63,857 nt of DNA, taken from IMG/VR virus record IMGVR_UViG_2791355434_000002. One strand, given 5' to 3'. Origin of the DNA: an uncultured virus (IMG/VR IMGVR_UViG_2791355434_000002). Taxonomy: Duplodnaviria > Heunggongvirae > Uroviricota > Caudoviricetes. The position numbers and the translations under genes are program-made. Below the pieces are notes generated by a model. That model searched no databases and had not been told where the DNA came from. It worked only from the letters and a program-made list of their open reading frames with translations. This document shows, in pieces, positions 63,855 through 63,857 of the stretch (positions within the stretch are counted from its first letter, which is position 1; each line of letters begins with the position of its first letter).

Positions 63855-63857
63855 CTC

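Larger units (their letters stand above)
9337..63857. mobile_element. Siphovirus-type prophage or phage-plasmid with an embedded TraB conjugation module; boundaries not seen
   Basis: Complete lysis, tail, head and packaging gene set plus traA/traB/clt/GntR; 1-9.3 kb is probably also part of the element. Confidence 0.85.

Noticed and set aside
1..63857. Self-targets of the pentamer arrays within the window
   Set aside because: None noticed on a limited by-eye check; a gapped-pattern search could not be run, so this remains untested

Overview
This high-GC window looks like Streptomyces DNA and is almost entirely one large temperate siphovirus-like element with plasmid/AICE traits. From left to right it contains: (1) an accessory block (XRE regulator, flavoprotein, SOS-boxed DUF6233 plus ATP-dependent ligase, serine resolvase, lipoprotein); (2) a lysis cassette on the minus strand; (3) an opposite-strand operon led by four tandem XRE regulators; (4) tail and capsid genes on the minus strand, including a GDPD-bearing tail protein, a tape measure protein with M23 and transglycosylase domains, and a frameshifted tail chaperone; (5) a divergently transcribed MuF-terS-terL-portal module; (6) many small phage genes; and (7) a Streptomyces TraB-type conjugation module with clt-like repeats and GntR regulators. 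The standout is 37444-39000 on the minus strand: a stand-alone RAMP/Cas7-like gene and a coupled partner gene, flanked by four non-coding arrays with a 5-nt period (G[G/C/A/T]C or GGT triplet plus a variable dinucleotide). The three upstream arrays are separated by tRNA-like minihelices. This looks like a phage-encoded RNA-guided system with non-contiguous guides rather than a CRISPR array. No integrase, replication initiator or att site was recognised. All family assignments come from motif recognition by eye; no searches were run.
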